Source: Tubulanus polymorphus (Eukaryota > Animalia > Nemertea). Taken from it: a DNA stretch of 64,000 nt. The notes beneath the pieces were generated by a model. The model was not told the origin of the DNA and searched no databases. It saw nothing but the letters and a program-made list of their open reading frames with translations. Positions 62,456-64,000 of this stretch are shown here, piece after piece (position 1 is the stretch's first letter; each line of letters starts with the position of its first letter). The stretch spans positions 16,653,101 to 16,717,100 of the forward strand of contig NC_134025.1 of the NCBI RefSeq assembly GCF_964204645.1. The letters are read 5' to 3'. The translations under genes were made by a program, and so were the position numbers.

Positions 62456-62829
62456 AACATTAAGTTTTTGGTCGAACAGTGTGTTACTTGTTGTTTTGGA
62501 AATTTACTCGGTCTGGTATATTTTGGATTACTGTGTATGTCATTTGTCAGGACATTAAACAGAAGACGACTTAGGATACTACCTTGCGTGACTCCACTAG
62601 TTAGACCGTCTCACTCCAAGATGAGGCGTTCCGTTGATTTCGGTTACAAGTTTCCATTCACAGATAACTGCTGTGTCATTTGGGCGACCTATCATTGATA
62701 CTGTTTCCTAATAGCCTGTTCAGTAATGGCTGATGGTGAGCCTTATCAAATGCTTTGTTGAAATCCACCGTTGAACAGGATTCTAAGACTGTGCAGAAAA
62801 CCCGTTATCGCTGCTTTGCAGCTATATTT

Positions 62830-63342
62830 GTATTTATTATTTTGAGTAAGTATTAATTTGTCTGTAAAAACATGATCTTTCGGTTTTATTTTCTTCTGGT
62901 ATTCACTTAAATAACTATCATCTACGGCTAAATGTTCTGGGCAATATGGTAAGTTTTCTTGTTTTAAACTTTATGTTATCAGGATATTCTAAATCAACTA
63001 CAAAGAAATAACCAATTGGTGCTTCATCTTTTAAACCCATAATTGCACTTTCCCAATCAGTTTTATCATCATTTTCAACTTCTGTTAATATAAAAGTTTT
63101 GTATGGTTGAGGTTGCATCATTGCCCAACCATAAAGATTATATGCATCAATATACAATAATTTATATTCATCATTTGCCTTAAAATATCTATCTCCCATA
63201 ACACCACTAATTCCACCTCTAATAGATTTTTCAAACAATAATACCATGTCTGGTTATTTTAATAAATCTAACTCTACGTTAGTGTATTTCAAACCACATT
63301 GCCAGGTTAAACCAGGACTAGAGTAGCAATAACAAGGATCAA
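62830..63342 (-). pseudogene. pPolB fragment from a second copy of the element A family
   Basis: Near-identical to ~10732-11225 (SIRGGISGVMGD, YID..NLYGWAMMQPQPY), but keeps RYFKAN, which is deleted in A. Confidence 0.93.
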
Positions 63343-63344
63343 TG

Positions 63345-64000
63345 AGGAGAGAATCCCACAATGATAATGAAAAGTCCGAAAATGAAACTTCGAGATAGTA
63401 GTTTATTTCAACGTTTCGACTATATCCTAATACGTTTCGACTATATCCTAATAGTCATCTTCAGGAATAATGAGATACTACAGAAATTATGAGATATATA
63501 TACAATCCAGAGACAAAGAGACTAATTCAAGTAATCAGAGATGATACAAACTAAAGGAAAATTAACGTAGAAACAGTTACACGCTAAAATAGATTAAAGG
63601 GAAGCAAACAAAGGGGTAATTATAAACAACAATAGTGAGTATAAATATAAATGAAACTTAAAGTCAGTAGTAAAAAGAAAGACAAACTAGGGGGCACTTA
63701 AATTAAAACAAAGGTGAATACAAGTTAAGTCAGAGACGAAATTGATGAGAGAACAAATAACAAATAATCAAAGGGGAAATCAAGTGTTGAGTTTAACCAG
63801 TTTACAGAGGAATTTTGATATAAGTTTATTATGGGGTGAAAAACCATTGTTAAGGTTTACAACGTTGTTCGAATTTTCAATAATTAATGCAGATTCCAAA
63901 ATATGTCTTCTAGTTTTATCGCTGCAAGGGTAAATTAATTCAGCATTAGCAAAATCAAAATTGTGTGAAGTCTGAAAAACATGACTAGCAACTCCGCTTT
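63345..64000 (-). mobile_element. Penelope-like element, 3' end (GIY-YIG C-terminus and terminal repeat region)
   Basis: The minus strand reads SGVASHVFQTSHNFDFANAELIYPCSDKTRRHILESALI...NLNNG, followed by a hammerhead motif. Confidence 0.8.
63401..63472 (-). ncRNA. Minimal hammerhead ribozyme of the Penelope element, with an internal 21-nt duplication
   Basis: The minus strand reads CUGAAGA-u-GACUA-loop-UAGUC-GAAACGU. ACGTTTCGACTATATCCTAAT is duplicated at 63411 and 63432. Confidence 0.75.

Overview
This is eukaryotic, probably invertebrate animal, repeat-rich DNA with no recognisable host gene. It is a stack of mobile elements whose target-site duplications (TSDs) can mostly be read directly. 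A BEL/Pao LTR retrotransposon (minus strand, halves at ~7500-9050 and ~53914-55940) is split by an AT-rich Polinton/Maverick, element A (9057-53907, TSD CGCGTA). A's protein-primed DNA polymerase (pPolB) gene is split by a GC-richer Polinton, element B (11465-38642, TSD GAATTA, AGTAGT termini). B is interrupted by a TAA-TSD MITE and by an 11.3 kb AcademH transposon (18006-29319, 9-bp TSD, intron-containing transposase plus RecQ-like helicase). The AcademH in turn contains a MULE-like element. The end of a third Polinton (C) lies at 1-1686, with further Polinton fragments at ~55.9-57.0 kb and ~62.8-63.3 kb. Gypsy, Helentron-type and Penelope remnants and a 31-bp satellite fill the rest. Most genes are decayed. 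The most unusual observations are: (1) an endonuclease-less R2-like RT fused to RNase H that looks like a resident gene of Polinton B; (2) a LAGLIDADG intein at polymerase motif C of A's pPolB; (3) a viral Bcl-2 in B; (4) covarying terminal hairpins in the AcademH element; (5) poxvirus-late-like TAAATG starts plus a VLTF3-like gene in A. All family calls come from reading motifs by eye; no database search was run.
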